A stretch of DNA of 62,846 nt, counting the filler, from Chrysochromulina tobinii (lineage: Eukaryota): the NCBI GenBank assembly GCA_001275005.1. It is 5 parts of 5 records of this genome, joined end to end, with 100 filler letters (N's around TTAATTAATTAA, not from the genome) between each part and the next. Parts side by side here need not be neighbours in the genome. Positions count along the whole stretch, not along the records: positions 57,522 to 62,846 come from JWZX01001267.1; 4 more parts are not named here. One strand, given 5' to 3'. The notes under the pieces were generated by a model that did not search any database, was not told where the DNA came from, and saw nothing but the letters and a program-made list of their open reading frames with translations. The translations under genes were made by a program, and so were the position numbers. Positions 60,501 through 62,846 of the stretch are shown in pieces; the stretch's first letter is position 1, and each line of letters starts with the position of its first letter.

Positions 60501-62846
60501 GGCGGAAGAATGCCGGCGCCTCGGCGTCTGCTGCACCAACGCGGGTGTGCATGGAGGCGACGAGCTGCGGGACGACGTGACGTACCAGCGCATAATGGCA
60601 GAGGCCAACGCGGGGGTGTACTCGGTGGTCGTGGTGACCACCTCGCGCTCGAACGTTTCATTCTCCCACGACGATGGGCGAACGGCTATCGAGGTCACGC
60701 GGCGCGCGGTCGCGATCGTCGTCGCGGCGGGCCGTCGGGGGGCGGCCTACATCCTCGAGGGCGAGGCGGACTCGCCTGAGGCGCCACCCGGTGGGGCCGC
60801 CTCAACGGGTCAGCTGTCCATAACTGTAGGCAACCTGGGCACTAAAGGGCGGGCGCCGCCGCCTGGCACCTTTGACCTGCGCGTGGACCGCCAGACAGCC
60901 TTTGGGAATCCGTTCCCGATGGGGGCGGATGAGCGTCTACGTGCCGCCGTGTGCGACGCGTGCGAAGAACTCCTCGAGGACCCGATCGGCGCCGATCTCG
61001 ACGCGATCGCCGCCAAGTACCAGCTGTGCATCGACGAGCGCTTCCGCGGCCCAGCGGCGCGCTCTCAGCTCGCAGACGCGCTCGGCGAGGCCGAGGCGCG
61101 CCTACGAGCTGGCGTGTCCCTGCGCCTGATGTGCTGGTGCTCACCGAAGCGCTGCCACGCAGACGGCATCGCGCGTGTACTGCGCCGTCGCCTGCGTGCT
61201 ACTACCGGCGTCGAGGGCGCAGCGCTAGCTCGCCACGCTTCTCCCTGCTGGTCCGTGCAGGCTGTGATCGACCTCAAGAAGTCGACGGAGCCAAGTGAGG
61301 TCTGCTTCGATATGTGCCGCCTTGGCTCTGCGTGCCGGATGGCGACGACGTTATTGTACTCGGCCGGTCTCACGCGACTCGACGCCCTGGCGAGCCTGCG
61401 GTGCGGCTGTCATAGGCCCCCACGCTCGCGAGGTCTCGGCGCACCCGGGCGCGTTCGCCGCGCTCATCGCTGCCACGGCGATAGACTGGGTCCACCGCGC
61501 GCAGAGGAGCTCGAGGTGGGCCGTAGGGCTGGCGCTCAACCCGTGCGAAGGCGTGCTCGCCCTTAGCGACGACGGGCCCAAGCGGCCGCCGGAGCTCAAG
61601 TGGTACATCAGCGAATACATGAACGACGACGCTGTGCTCAAGCACGTCGCGATCATCGTCGGCACCTTCGTGGTGACGCTCGCCGACGACTTCGCCGACT
61701 GGTTCTACCAGCTCAAGCTCATGGCAGGATGCTACTGGATGGTTGGGTACGTCCTCCTCGAGCTCGAGAAGCTCGCGGAGCAAGCTCCCGAGCTGCGCTT
61801 TGTCGTCGAGAAGGTCCTCGGACAAGGGACGGTCCCGGGCTCCAACTGGGGTCAGCGCCTGTGCGAGCTCGTGCTGCATATGTGGGACGTCGTGTTCGAT
61901 GTACTCGACGGAGCCTACACGGCTGAGCAGCGGCGCGACTCGGCCGAGCTCGACGGCTGGTTCTCGCGACGCGAGGCTGCGGGGCTAGTCAGCCGGCTCC
62001 ACTCCAGGGGCGGCTACACCGACGACACCAAGTTCCGCTTCGTTGGGCCCGAGCGCGCGCGCCGCGGGGCCAAGGCGTGGTGTTTCGTCACCAAGGGGTT
62101 CAGAACCATCATGGCCGACGCGTCGAAGCGGAATGCTCGGCGTCCACGACATCTCACTCGGCACGTGCTTCAACTACTCCCTCGGCATCGCCTTCATCGG
62201 CGAGGAGAAACGGAAGCGAGCGCTCGATCAGCTGCTCTCTCTCCTCTCGGGGGAGCTCGCCGTGAGCATCTACCGCTCGCTGGTCGGCCTGCTGCTCCAT
62301 CTCTCCTTTCTGGCTGGCATGCGGCCGTCCGCGACGCACGGGCTCTTCACGCCCATGATGGACGGGGGGGCGCTGGCGCAGGGGCCGGATAGGGGCCGGA
62401 CACGCTCGTGGCCGGCAGGCACCTGACACCGGTCATCAAGGCGAGAGCGAACGAGTGGTCCGAGCGCCTCTCTCGGTCGGCGGGCGCACCCTTTGCGAGC
62501 GCGGTGCCATCGCTCGCGAGGGTCGCACCGCTCGCGAGGGTCGCGCAGGCGGGACCACTGACGGCGCGGCGCTTCTGGCGCAGCGACGCGTGCAAGGAAG
62601 GCACCGATCACCCGGGGATCGCCGGGATCTGCACGGGCCCCGACAGCCCATGTGTGTGGGTGCGGCGCCTCACCGGCGACGAGCTCCTTCTGCCCGTGCC
62701 CGTGACGGAGTTCGCAGGGTTCTTCGGGAACTGCTGCATGTGGGGTGCGGCCGCGCCCGCCGATGTGCTCATCGTCTCGGAGGTCGATGCGCTCGTGCCT
62801 GCATTCGTGCTGACTCGAGAGGCATCGGCGTCGCCGCTCATGCAGC
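57522..62846 (+). mobile_element. Degenerate DIRS/tyrosine-recombinase-class-like retrotransposon pol (RT + RNase H) carrying C5-DNA-methyltransferase-like and DUF4326-like inserts; incomplete at both ends, 3 frameshifts
   Basis: RT N-part: YPDREL..LEFG..MGSRPKPNGKYRVIVNASFP (~59580-59850). Motif A: DDFADWFYQL (~61685). Motif B: GQGTVPGSNWGQR. YTDD at 62015-62026. Thumb: LG..EKRKRA..YRSLVGLLLH. RNase H: WRSDACKEG..TEF..EVDAL, in an open frame from 62393 to the window end. No recombinase or termini are in the window, so the class is inferred from RT/RNase H style. Confidence 0.8.

Overview
This is GC-rich eukaryotic nuclear DNA, most likely from a haptophyte alga such as Chrysochromulina. That placement is inferred from gene content, an ASAF-type plastid presequence, GC-AG introns and intron style; it was not checked against a database. 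The window is five unrelated contigs joined by artificial 100-nt N44-TTAATTAATTAA-N44 linkers (1-27261, 27362-40702, 40803-50803, 50904-57421, 57522-62846), so gene order across linkers means nothing. About 20 genes are supported: RINGv, FKBP, CNH-like+VPS9, MOSC, NYN+metallophosphoesterase, a small 3-exon thylakoid-type gene, a coiled-coil protein, a chromo/Tudor-knot/BRCT protein, an HTATSF1-like protein, SKP1-F-box-BspA LRR, SPPL protease, a DYRK-like kinase, Moco sulfurase, RNase HII, a SAP/ZZ/repeat protein, FkbM methyltransferase, Apple+cyclophilin, a GH5 fragment and kinesin+EF-hand. There is also a degenerate DIRS-like retroelement. Three observations stand out. (1) Many introns share one design: copies of the flanking exon sequence (often the whole spliced exon-exon junction), TGATN6 microsatellites and a shared GCATGCAAGTGCTCACCACGGCGC...CAG 3' module, which suggests an intron-generating mechanism. 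(2) One polypeptide fuses SKP1, an F-box and hypervariable LRRs. (3) The retroelement's RT domain is interrupted by a C5-methyltransferase-like domain and two DUF4326-like domains. All domain calls come from motifs recognised by eye, with no HMM or database searches.
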